DNA of 24,000 bases from Klebsiella phage CPRSA. Positions 9,118-16,482 of the stretch are shown here, piece after piece. Position numbers and translations under genes: made by a program. How positions within the stretch are numbered: the first letter of the stretch is position 1; every line of letters starts with the position of its first letter. The notes under the pieces are model-generated. The model worked only from the letters and a program-made list of their open reading frames with translations. It had not been told where the DNA came from and made no database searches. The stretch lies in sequence record OM971648.1. One strand, written 5' to 3'.

Positions 9118-10143
9118 ATGTATCTTGATATAGAATTTGCAACCCGAATCATGGGATCACTGCCTCAAAGCGAAATCGTTCGTAAATCGGGGGCATTAAG
9201 CATCAATGCACGTTGTCCTATTTGCGGCGACTCAATGAAAGACAAGTACAAAAAACGATTTTGGATCTACCCTTCTAAAAAGGGTGATCATATGAATTGT
9301 GGTTGTTTTAACTGTGGTTATGGTGTACCGTTTAGCGTATTCCTGAAAGAATATTATCCAGACGATTACCGTGATTATCTCATGGAATCGTTTAAGGATC
9401 GCAATTCGTTAAAGCCAACGCATACAGAACAACCGAAGGAAGAGAAGAAATTTATTCCTACTCTTCAATTCTGCGAAAGGTTAGATACCTTGCCGGATGA
9501 ACATCCGATTATAATAATATGTGCAGAATCGTTGTATCCCCGTGACAAGTGGGATCGGTTGTGGTTTACTCGCGAATGGCAACAACTGGTTAATACGGTG
9601 AATCCGGATACCTATCCGATCGCAAAACCAGAACCGAGATTAGTGATCCCTATCTTCGATAAGAAAGGTAAAATAGAATCTTTCCAGGGCCGTGCTTTAC
9701 GTGACGGCGCAAAGTCGAAATATATCACAATCAAAGCCTGTGAGGAATCAACCAAGATTTACGGACAGGATACGATAGATCCGTTAAAAACGGTTTATCT
9801 TCTTGAGGGGCCATTAGATAGCCTGTTTGTTGATAATGCTGGCGCTATCACTGGTGGACAGCTTGCGCTTTCTGAGGTTCCGTATAAAAATATGCGTGTC
9901 TGGGTTCTTGACAATGAAGCACGTCATCCGGATACTACTCACCGCCTCTTTAAATTGATTGAGGCTGGAGAAAAGGTTGTAATGTGGGATAAATGCCCGT
10001 GGCCTTCCAAAGATATCAACAAAATGATAAAAACGGACGGCGCAACTAAACTTGAAATTATGCAGTATTTGAAAGATAATACTGTTTCTGGACTCACGGC
10101 AAAACTTCGATTTAAGTCGTGGGACAAATCACCGAAAAAATGA
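9118..10143 (+). CDS. 61: DNA primase, T4 gp61-like (frame intact)
   Basis: SINARCPICGDSMKDKYKKRFWIYPSKKGDHMNCGCFNCGYGVPFSVFLKEYYPDDYRDY; EPRLVIPIFDKKGKIESFQGRALRDGAKSKYITIKA; VYLLEGPLDSLFVDNAGAITGGQLAL; VWVLDNEARHPDTTHRLFKLIEAGEKVVMWDKCPWPSKDINKMI; collinear with T4 gp61. Confidence 0.97.
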   Translation: MYLDIEFATRIMGSLPQSEIVRKSGALSINARCPICGDSMKDKYKKRFWIYPSKKGDHMNCGCFNCGYGVPFSVFLKEYYPDDYRDYLMESFKDRNSLKPTHTEQPKEEKKFIPTLQFCERLDTLPDEHPIIIICAESLYPRDKWDRLWFTREWQQLVNTVNPDTYPIAKPEPRLVIPIFDKKGKIESFQGRALRDGAKSKYITIKACEESTKIYGQDTIDPLKTVYLLEGPLDSLFVDNAGAITGGQLALSEVPYKNMRVWVLDNEARHPDTTHRLFKLIEAGEKVVMWDKCPWPSKDINKMIKTDGATKLEIMQYLKDNTVSGLTAKLRFKSWDKSPKK

Positions 10144-10150
10144 GATAATT

Positions 10151-10467
10151 ATGGCTAAAGCAAAATATAAAATTGATAGTGTTGGATTATTCGACTACCT
10201 GAAAGGACTTAATGAGGGGAGGGTGCATGTTGCGGGTTCGGTGCATTTATTAAGGATAATCCAAAGATCAGCGAATTTATGAATGAATACTTCTTTGTTG
10301 AGCGAACAAACGGTTGTTATGAATATGGGCCGTATTGTGATTCAACCGCCGATTATTTGCCTCTTGATATCACAAAGGCACAATTTGTAGCTGTATTCAA
10401 AGAAAATATTGAAGATGCAATCAATAATCGCAGCATGTATAAAAACTGGAACAACAACCTAATTTAA
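10151..10467 (+). CDS. hypothetical protein (frameshifted)
   Basis: MAKAKYKIDSVGLFDYLKGLNEG... then FIKDNPKISEFMNEYFFVERTNGCYEYGPYCDSTADYLPLDITKAQFVAVFKENIEDAINNRSMYKNWNNNLI*. Confidence 0.6.
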
Positions 10468-10481
10468 TTGAGATGATCGAT

Positions 10482-11014
10482 ATGACTGATAAAACTCCTG
10501 TATTTAATTCATGTGGCGCACCTGGTTAACCCGGAAGATCTGGAATTTGTAGATTCCGAATATCAAAAGGTTCTGGCCCGTAATGGCAATCCTTTACAAT
10601 CCATGCTGGATTTACAAAACCATGCACAACAAAGCCTGTCTGATACCCTGCATTGGGTTCCGCGTCCGGATAATCTGGAAACTTGCGGAGAAATCCTTGA
10701 TTGGCTGAAACTGCAAGACGACGCGATCGCCGACGAAACCCGCGAATTGTATACCGCTCTGGGTGGAATGTCTCGCGGTGTTAAACCTGCATCCGGTGTT
10801 TGGAAACCGTGGAAAGCAAATCACAGGAATTACGCAATACTAAATTTGCGGATCTGAGTGAAGAGGATCGTTTAGAAGTTCTGTTTGAACTTATCGATCA
10901 GTGGCATTTCTTTATGTGCAAATTCCTGGCGCTGGTATGGATGCGGAAACCATCTACAAACTGTATGCACTGAAACAAGCTGAAAACCTCCGCCGTTGGG
11001 CTAACAACTACTAA
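10482..11014 (+). CDS. 56: dCTP pyrophosphatase, T4 gp56-like (frameshifted)
   Basis: NPLQSMLDLQNHAQQSLSDTLHWVPRPDNLETCGEILDWLKLQDDAIADETRELYTALGGMSRGVKPASGVWKPWKANHR + FADLSEEDRLEVLFELIDQWHFFMCKFLALGMDAETIYKLYALKQAENLRRWANNY*; collinear with T4 gp56. Confidence 0.9.
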
Positions 11015-11199
11015 TGGATCCGATCATCGCGCTAGTAGCTGTTGGGGTTCTTTCTTATGGTGTTTGCGCGATGATCACATATCTTTTCGGTTGGTGTGTG
11101 TTTCACGTAAATGGTGTTGAAAGAAAACTTTTACTGATTATACTATCAGTGTTTTGGTTTGTTGGAATATTCTACGTTTGTTATGAGGGGCGAGAATGA
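11014..11199 (+). CDS. small membrane protein, 61 aa
   Basis: MDPIIALVAVGVLSYGVCAMITYLFGWCVFHVNGVERKLLLIILSVFWFVGIFYVCYEGRE; two hydrophobic segments; TAATG overlap with gene 56. Confidence 0.7.
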   Translation: MDPIIALVAVGVLSYGVCAMITYLFGWCVFHVNGVERKLLLIILSVFWFVGIFYVCYEGRE

Positions 11200-11486
11200 T
11201 TACAAAATATTATATCGTCGTTAGTAAGGATAAAGACGGGTTTAAAATTCCCTTCATTAAGGAAGGAGAGTTAACACCTTTGTTGTTTCTATCTCCGGAC
11301 CATGCTAACGAGTATAAAAATTCGATTATCAAAGAATATAATGATAAGATGAATCCAGTTAAACAAAGTGGTCTTAGCCGATTCTTTCGAAAGGAAGAAG
11401 TTGAAACCGTAACCGAAAAGAAAAAGAAAGATATGCGTTGGTTTATTGAACACGCAAGTATTCAAGGGGTATTGATTAAAGTATGA
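11196..11486 (+). CDS. hypothetical protein, 96 aa
   Basis: ATGA-coupled ORF; MITKYYIVVSKDKDGFKIPFIKEGELTPLLFLSPDHANEYKNSIIKEY... Confidence 0.65.
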   Translation: MITKYYIVVSKDKDGFKIPFIKEGELTPLLFLSPDHANEYKNSIIKEYNDKMNPVKQSGLSRFFRKEEVETVTEKKKKDMRWFIEHASIQGVLIKV

Positions 11487-12808
11487 GCGAATTAACTTTT
11501 GACGATCTGAGCGAAGACCAGAAAAATGCACATGATCGAGTGATTAAAAATATCAGAAACAAAATCCATACTACTATCACAGGTGGGCCGGGTGTTGGTA
11601 AAACTACTCTGGTAAAATTTGTGTTTGAAACATTGAAAAAACTGGGTATTAGTGGGATCTGGTTGACAGCGCCGACACACAGGCTAAAAACGTTCTCTCT
11701 GAGGCGGTGGGTATGGATGCAACGACCATTCACTCAGCACTGAAAATCAGCCCGTAACCAACGAAGAGTTACGAGTATTTGAACAGCAAAAAGGCAAAAA
11801 AGCCGCTGATCTGTCTGAATGTCGTGTGTTTGTGGTTGAAGAAGTATCGATGGTTGACAAAGAACTATTCCGTATCATCAAGCGTACTATTCCGAGTTGT
11901 GCGGTGATCCTGGATTGGGTGATAAGGATCAGATCCGTCCGGTTAATACAGAAGGGATCACCGAGCTTTCACCGTTCTTTGATGAGGAAATTTTGATGTC
12001 ATTCGCATGGCATAAGATTATGCGTCAGGCAGAAGGAAACCCAATCATCCAGGTATCACGCGCTATACGCGACGGTAAGCCGTTAATGCCCCTCATGAAT
12101 GGTGAACTAGGGGTAATGAAGCACGAAAACGCTAGTGACTTCCTGAGACGTTATTTTAGCCGTGTTAAGACTCCGGATGACCTGAATAATAACCGTATGT
12201 TTGCTTACACTAACGCAAACGTAGACAAGTTAAACGCAGTGATCCGCAAACACTTGTACAAAACTGATCAGCCGTTCATTGTTGGTGAAGTGGTTGTGAT
12301 GCAAGAACCGTTAGTGACAGAAGGCCGTGTGAATGGGGTTTCGTTTGTTGAAGTTATCTATAACAACAACGAGCAAATTAAAATCCTTGAAATCATACCG
12401 CGTTCTGATACTATCAAAGCTGACCGATGCGATCCGGTGCAAATCGATTATTTCTTGATGAAAACAGAATCGATGTTCGAGGATACGAAAGCGGATATTC
12501 AGGTTATCGCGGATCCGGTTATGCAGGAACGTTTAGGCGATTATTTGAACTATGTCGCGTTTCAGTATAAAAAGATGAAACAGGAAACCGGATACAAAGC
12601 CCCCTGGTATTCGTTCTGGCAAATCAAAAACAAGTTCCAGACGGTTAAGGCGCTTCCGGTTTGTACGTATCACAAAGGTCAGGGAAGCACGTATGATCAT
12701 TCATACATGTATACGCGCGATGCATACGCATACGCCGATTATGAATTGTGTAAGCAGTTGCTTTATGTAGGAACTACCCGCGCACGATTCACTGTTGATT
12801 ATGTCTAA
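11483..12808 (+). CDS. dda: Dda-like SF1 DNA helicase (about 2 apparent frameshifts)
   Basis: MSELTFDDLSEDQKNAHDRVIKNIRNKIHTTITGGPGVGKTTLVKFVFETLKKLGISGIWLTAPTH(QAKNVLSEAVGMDATTIHSALKISPVTNEELRVFEQQKGKKAADLSECRVFVVEEVSMVDKELFRIIKRTIPSCAVIL)GLGDKDQIRPVNTEG; FHVGEVVVMQEPL-type region; VCTYHKGQGSTYDHSYMYTRD..ELCKQLLYVGTTRARFTVDYV*. Confidence 0.95.
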
Positions 12809-12823
12809 GGGCTTCGGCCCTTT
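12807..12823 (+). terminator. UUCG-tetraloop hairpin after dda
   Basis: AAGGGC-TTCG-GCCCTTT. Confidence 0.6.
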
Positions 12824-12832
12824 GAGGTTATT

Positions 12833-13144
12833 ATGAAAATTATTGTTAAAGTCAAAGATGTAGAAAAGATTTTGCGAGAAGTTGACCGTATTGGTAGAGA
12901 GGGGCTTGATTATCTCGAAGGGTTCAATTCTATCGATATCAATTTGTTGTTTGCAAATTGCGCTGCGTTGTCAACGCAAACAAAGAAGTTGGGTTATACT
13001 GTCCTAACGACTGGGCCGACCTACACGTGGGGAAACATTTCACAAGATATCGAATTCACTTTTGAAGAGTATGCAGTGATCATTGATACCTTGAAAATGG
13101 GTCGTAACATTCGTGAAAACAAAAACATGCTTGAGGGGTTTTAA
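12833..13144 (+). CDS. hypothetical protein, 103 aa
   Basis: Intact ORF with upstream GAGGTTATT; MKIIVKVKDVEKILREVDRIGREGLDYLEGFNSIDINLLFANCAAL... Confidence 0.65.
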   Translation: MKIIVKVKDVEKILREVDRIGREGLDYLEGFNSIDINLLFANCAALSTQTKKLGYTVLTTGPTYTWGNISQDIEFTFEEYAVIIDTLKMGRNIRENKNMLEGF

Positions 13145-13920
13145 ATGAATATTCACCTTCCGCGCCTTTATGCTGAATTGGTTGCCGATCTGATTTTGAA
13201 AAGTGATCGTTCTACAATGGAAGATTACCACGATTGGGAACATCTGGACAATTTCGCAGAGGCTGTAGAAAACATGATCCGACTGGAAAAATCGATTGCT
13301 CGTTGTGGGCTTCGTCAGTTCGGTATGATGGCGGTAACTCCAGGCATGATCGAATCCGTTGATGTTACTCCGGAAGTCGCGCTATCATTGGCCTATTTCA
13401 TGGAATCGTATAAGCGGGTTGCGAATGAGTCATTTACCGTAGATTTCGTATTTGATTATGAAAGTATTGGCCCGTTTCCAAAAGGAAAACTAGCTGAACT
13501 TAGCTATGTTCCTTTTGTTGATGATCCTTATGATCCGCCTACCTTTCAGGAACTGATTGCTAAAGGAAGAAAGTATAAATTCGACATCCGGAAACAACCA
13601 GAACGCATCAAAGATGAAAAAACGATCGAATGGTGGAAACAACAATCTAAAGAAGCGCAAAGGGTTTTGTTCCCTTCCGATATTGACATGGATTTGTACG
13701 AAGGTCATCGACAATTCTTTGCTGATTTAGCGGCTGACGGTGTGAGTCGTTGGCAGTCATACGATTATACGCGCGGCCCTGAATTCGATTGTTCTATGCT
13801 AACCGATGTTGTACGAACTATGACAGGAAACTTGACACGTTTGAAGATATGCCGACCGTGTTCTGGAATAGCCGTGATGTGCGTACAGCTATTGAAAACC
13901 GTTTACTGACTGCGGAGTGA
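13145..13920 (+). CDS. hypothetical protein, about 258 aa (one frameshift near the C-terminus)
   Basis: Long ORF MNIHLPRLYAELVADLILKSDRSTMEDYHDWEHLD..., continuing in another frame as KLDTFEDMPTVFWNSRDVRTAIENRLLTAE* (TGA 13918-13920). Confidence 0.65.
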
Positions 13921-14087
13921 CCACGTGTCCACTGCGTAAAGGCATGTTAGATGGATTCATTCAGCATGATTCGATTCATGATTGCGCTAAAGATGCATGA
14001 TGCTAATCTATGCTAAACGTTATGCCCTGGGCTGGAAGAACCTCCATCCTTAGAAGAGACAGACGAAAACAGCATAGGAAAGAAACG

Positions 14088-14369
14088 ATGATCACATTAA
14101 CTATTATGGATCGCCATTACTACGGGAACACGATTAACGAAGCAAAAGCAAAAGCCTTTGAAGATATCATTAACCAGGATCTGGTTAAGATTGAATCGGA
14201 TCGCTATGTCGTGCAACCGGGTGATAGCCTGTATTCTATAGCAAAGAAACTGTATGGTGTTGGTGAACATTGGCCTGATATCGCCAAAATCAACCGTGAT
14301 GCTATTCCGGATGCACGTCTGATCCATCCTGGTATAGTTCTTCGATTACCAAAACTGGTAAAAATTTAA
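14088..14369 (+). CDS. small LysM-domain protein, 93 aa
   Basis: MITLTIMDRHYYGNTINEAKAKAFEDIINQDLVKIESDRYVVQPGDSLYSIAKKLYGVGEHWPDIAKINRDAIPDARLIHPGIVLRLPKLVKI; classic LysM pattern YVVQPGDSLYSIAKKLYG...WPDIAKIN...L..G..L.LP; RBS-like AGGAAAG upstream. Confidence 0.85.
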   Translation: MITLTIMDRHYYGNTINEAKAKAFEDIINQDLVKIESDRYVVQPGDSLYSIAKKLYGVGEHWPDIAKINRDAIPDARLIHPGIVLRLPKLVKI

Positions 14370-14372
14370 AAC

Positions 14373-14403
14373 AAAGCCCTTGACTTCGGTTGAGGGCTTT
14401 TGT
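14373..14403 (+). terminator. rho-independent terminator overlapping a promoter -35
   Basis: AAAGCCCT ... AGGGCTTT followed by TTG; the loop contains TTGACT/TTCG. Confidence 0.8.
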
Positions 14404-14409
14404 TATATT
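14380..14409 (+). promoter_or_regulatory. putative sigma70 promoter embedded in the terminator
   Basis: TTGACT (14380-14385), 18 nt, TATATT (14404-14409), then AAGAAAGGAG and the ATG at 14433. Confidence 0.6.
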
Positions 14410-14432
14410 GGGTTCTAAGAAAGGAGATTGAT

Positions 14433-14549
14433 ATGAATTTTACTAAATTTGAAATCCGGCTGTTGATTACGCTGGCTATTTGCGGAGCGGTATCATTGAT
14501 TAGTTTGTTGAACGTATATCGCGGTAAGAACAACGATATGGCTTCATGA
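14433..14549 (+). CDS. 38-aa single-TM small protein
   Basis: MNFTKFEIRLLITLAICGAVSLISLLNVYRGKNNDMAS*; AAAGGAG RBS; below the 60-aa cutoff of the supplied ORF track. Confidence 0.55.
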   Translation: MNFTKFEIRLLITLAICGAVSLISLLNVYRGKNNDMAS

Positions 14550-14585
14550 CTGGTTTACTGTACTTGACACAATTAAGGGTGATTT

Positions 14586-14891
14586 ATGCGTATAGCGATT
14601 ATTGGGGCGGCTTTGGGTGTAATTGGTGATCGTTTAGTAAACTGTGTGATCGAAGAATTCAAGTCACAACCTTATCCGTTTTCGATGGAATGGAACAACC
14701 AATTTCCTAATTTGGTTGAGGAAGAACCCATGATCCACAAAGTAAAACCGTACCGAAATCCGGTTGTGCCTAAATCGTTACACCGTCAATCAGTAAACAG
14801 GGTAAATGATGTCAGAATTCGCGTTAGCTATCCTTGTCGTGATTGCTGTAATGGGTTCGATCCTGTTTTGTCGCATGTATCAGTTAGATGA
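14586..14891 (+). CDS. hypothetical protein; true 3' end probably near 14808 because of a frameshift
   Basis: MRIAIIGAALGVIGDRLVNCVIEEFKSQPYPFSMEWNNQFPNLVEEEPMIHKVKPYRNPVVPKSL...; the 3' part overlaps the next ORF by 86 nt, and a one-base shift gives a TGA just before the next ATG. Confidence 0.45.
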   Translation: MRIAIIGAALGVIGDRLVNCVIEEFKSQPYPFSMEWNNQFPNLVEEEPMIHKVKPYRNPVVPKSLHRQSVNRVNDVRIRVSYPCRDCCNGFDPVLSHVSVR

Positions 14892-15108
14892 TACACAGGA
14901 ATGGTTGGACATTAACGAAAAGCAGTTCCGTAAGCACTTTGCAGGTGAATTTGTTTTTGTGAAATTTCGTAGTGACTACAAGGTCGAGTTTGAGTTTGAC
15001 GGAAAAGGTAACAACTACCACATAATCACTTCTGTTATTGATGCAAAGAAAATCTTTGATAAGACACAGGGCGGCGGGATCCGTAAATTACTCAAAGAAA
15101 TAAAATAG
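14806..15108 (+). CDS. membrane-anchored hypothetical protein, 100 aa
   Basis: MMSEFALAILVVIAVMGSILFCRMYQLDDTQEWLDINEKQFRKHFAGEFVFVKFRSDYKVEFEFDGKGNNYHII...; N-terminal TM segment. Confidence 0.65.
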   Translation: MMSEFALAILVVIAVMGSILFCRMYQLDDTQEWLDINEKQFRKHFAGEFVFVKFRSDYKVEFEFDGKGNNYHIITSVIDAKKIFDKTQGGGIRKLLKEIK

Positions 15109-15123
15109 CATTTTTTGTTAAAG

Positions 15124-15151
15124 AAGCCTCTTGCATTGCGGGAGGCTTTTT
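15124..15151 (+). terminator. rho-independent terminator with the downstream -35 in its loop
   Basis: AAGCCTC-TTGCATTGCGG-GAGGCTT followed by a T run. Confidence 0.8.
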
Positions 15152-15159
15152 GGTATCTT
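15131..15159 (+). promoter_or_regulatory. putative sigma70 promoter embedded in the terminator
   Basis: TTGCAT (15131-15136), 17 nt, TATCTT (15154-15159), then the conserved leader CATCGAAACGAAACA. Confidence 0.65.
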
Positions 15160-15196
15160 GTATTCATCGAAACGAAACAGAGAAAGGAATACGAAA

Positions 15197-15460
15197 ATGG
15201 TTAAAGTAAAATATGCAGCACACGTTAAAGCAGGTGAGATTGTTGGTTTGACTTTCGGCGCTGAAATTGGTTCTCAGTGGGCGCTGGTTGAAAAGGTTGA
15301 AGACCTGGGCGATAAAGTAGCAATCACTGTGAAAATGCAAAAACGTTTTACTAACCGTCCTGTAATCACTAAGAAAGTGAAGAAGGAAAAACGTGTTAAT
15401 ACTCAGACTTTCGAAGAATTCATGAACTGGTGCAAAATGTATAAACTGGATACCTACTAA
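15197..15460 (+). CDS. hypothetical basic protein, 87 aa
   Basis: GAAAGGAATACGAAAATG start; MVKVKYAAHVKAGEIVGLTFGAEIGSQWALVEKVEDLGDKVAITVKMQKRF... Confidence 0.7.
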   Translation: MVKVKYAAHVKAGEIVGLTFGAEIGSQWALVEKVEDLGDKVAITVKMQKRFTNRPVITKKVKKEKRVNTQTFEEFMNWCKMYKLDTY

Positions 15461-15496
15461 TAGCACTTTTTGTTAAAACATTCTGGGTAGCTTTGG

Positions 15497-15502
15497 TATA
15501 GT
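15497..15502 (+). promoter_or_regulatory. putative -10 element with no clear -35
   Basis: TATAGT, followed at the same 5-nt distance by the related leader CATTCGAAACAAGG. Confidence 0.35.
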
Positions 15503-15533
15503 TACCCCATTCGAAACAAGGGAGGAAATTATT

Positions 15534-15806
15534 ATGATGGTTAACGGTTCTCTTTATCAACAAGCAGTTGCACAATGGAAACGGAAAGTTCAGGATGCAG
15601 AACGCGGGATCGCTTATTGTGATGAAGCGTTGGCAAGCAATCTTGAAAACTGGGAACGCAAAGAGTACAAGAAAGTTAAGCAACGCCATTTGAACGAACT
15701 CCCTGCATTAAAAGAACACTTAAAATATTTGATGGATAACGAAAAAGCCTTGCATAGAATAACCATCTTTGATATAGTACTTACATCGAAACGAAACACA
15801 CTTTAG
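15534..15806 (+). CDS. hypothetical coiled-coil-like protein; 3' end uncertain
   Basis: GGGAGGAAATTATT RBS; MMVNGSLYQQAVAQWKRKVQDAERGIAYCDEALASNLENWERKEYKKVKQRHLNELPALKEHLKYLMDNEKAL...; the annotated 3' end runs through the next promoter, so a frameshift near 15745 is likely. Confidence 0.55.
   Translation: MMVNGSLYQQAVAQWKRKVQDAERGIAYCDEALASNLENWERKEYKKVKQRHLNELPALKEHLKYLMDNEKALHRITIFDIVLTSKRNTL
15750..15778 (+). promoter_or_regulatory. putative sigma70 promoter
   Basis: TTGCAT (15750-15755), 17 nt, TATAGT (15773-15778), then the leader CATCGAAACGAAACA at 15784-15798. Confidence 0.65.
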
Positions 15807-15816
15807 GAGATATACC

Positions 15817-16146
15817 ATGAACACTTTCGAAATCCTCGCAGAAAAAGCAGCCCCTTTCATGGAAGCAATGTACAAAGCGCGTAACGCTCGTTTCCAAGAT
15901 TCTCCTTTCGAAACTGTTTTCTTTCTGGAGAAAGGCCGCAAATATCATCGCGTTGTTCAGGATACTCGCAACAAAGAAACTGGTGAAATGTTCAATCAGC
16001 GTTCTGTTGCCGCTTTCATCGATAATGATGGTAATATCCTGAAACCTGCAAGCTGGAAAGCACCAGCAAAAGGCATTCGTGGTAATATCTTCAATGACGC
16101 AGACCGCGCGATTGACCAAAGCGGTTATGTGGTTTATCTTCGTTAA
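15817..16146 (+). CDS. conserved-type phage hypothetical protein, 109 aa
   Basis: MNTFEILAEKAAPFMEAMYKARNARFQDSPFETVFFLEKGRKYHRVVQDT...RSVAAFIDNDGNILKPASWKAPAKGIRGNIFND...; the KGRKY..V...F.D..G...KPASWKAPAK.IRGNI pattern is familiar in small uncharacterised phage proteins. Confidence 0.75.
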   Translation: MNTFEILAEKAAPFMEAMYKARNARFQDSPFETVFFLEKGRKYHRVVQDTRNKETGEMFNQRSVAAFIDNDGNILKPASWKAPAKGIRGNIFNDADRAIDQSGYVVYLR

Positions 16147-16147
16147 C

Positions 16148-16168
16148 AAAGGGGCTTCGGCCCTTTTT
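16148..16168 (+). terminator. UUCG-loop terminator
   Basis: AAAGGGGC-TTCG-GCCCTTTTT. Confidence 0.8.
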
Positions 16169-16186
16169 CTTAAAAAGGAATATAGC

Positions 16187-16482
16187 ATGAGTAACAAAAA
16201 CGAAGACTCTAAAATCTGGAAAGCTGTAGGGGTTATGGCTGTAATCGCTGTTGTGGGTTACTATGCGTATAATTCCTGCAAGAAACGATTGATGCGCAAG
16301 TACAGGAACAACAAAAAGCCGATGCAATCGAACAGCATAACCAGCTTATGCAATTGCGCTCTCTGGGATACACCACGAAGGAAGATTTTAAAAATTCCTT
16401 TGGTGACTATACCGGATCCCTCTACACCGTGTGGGGAATGGCTGACGGCGATTACATGTACATTGAAACAGAACCGTTATAA
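16187..16482 (+). CDS. membrane-anchored hypothetical protein (frameshifted)
   Basis: MSNKNEDSKIWKAVGVMAVIAVVGYYAYNSCKK.. then, in another frame, QEQQKADAIEQHNQLMQLRSLGYTTKEDFKNSFGDYTGSLYTVWGMADGDYMYIETEPL*. Confidence 0.6.

Noticed and set aside
13921-14087. Possible tRNA or structured RNA in the gap before the LysM gene
   Set aside because: No cloverleaf, TTCNA loop or acceptor pairing found by eye; small coding peptides explain the sequence better.
14568-14600. TTGACA-like sequence before the 14586 ORF as a promoter
   Set aside because: No acceptable -10 at 16-18 nt; the candidate falls at or after the ATG, so the TTGACA alone is not enough.
15534-15806. C-terminal ...HRITIFDIVLTSKRNTL of the 15534 ORF as genuine protein
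   Set aside because: This tail is translated from the TTGCAT-N17-TATAGT promoter and shared leader of the next gene; more likely the gene ends near 15757 after an indel, although an overlap cannot be excluded.
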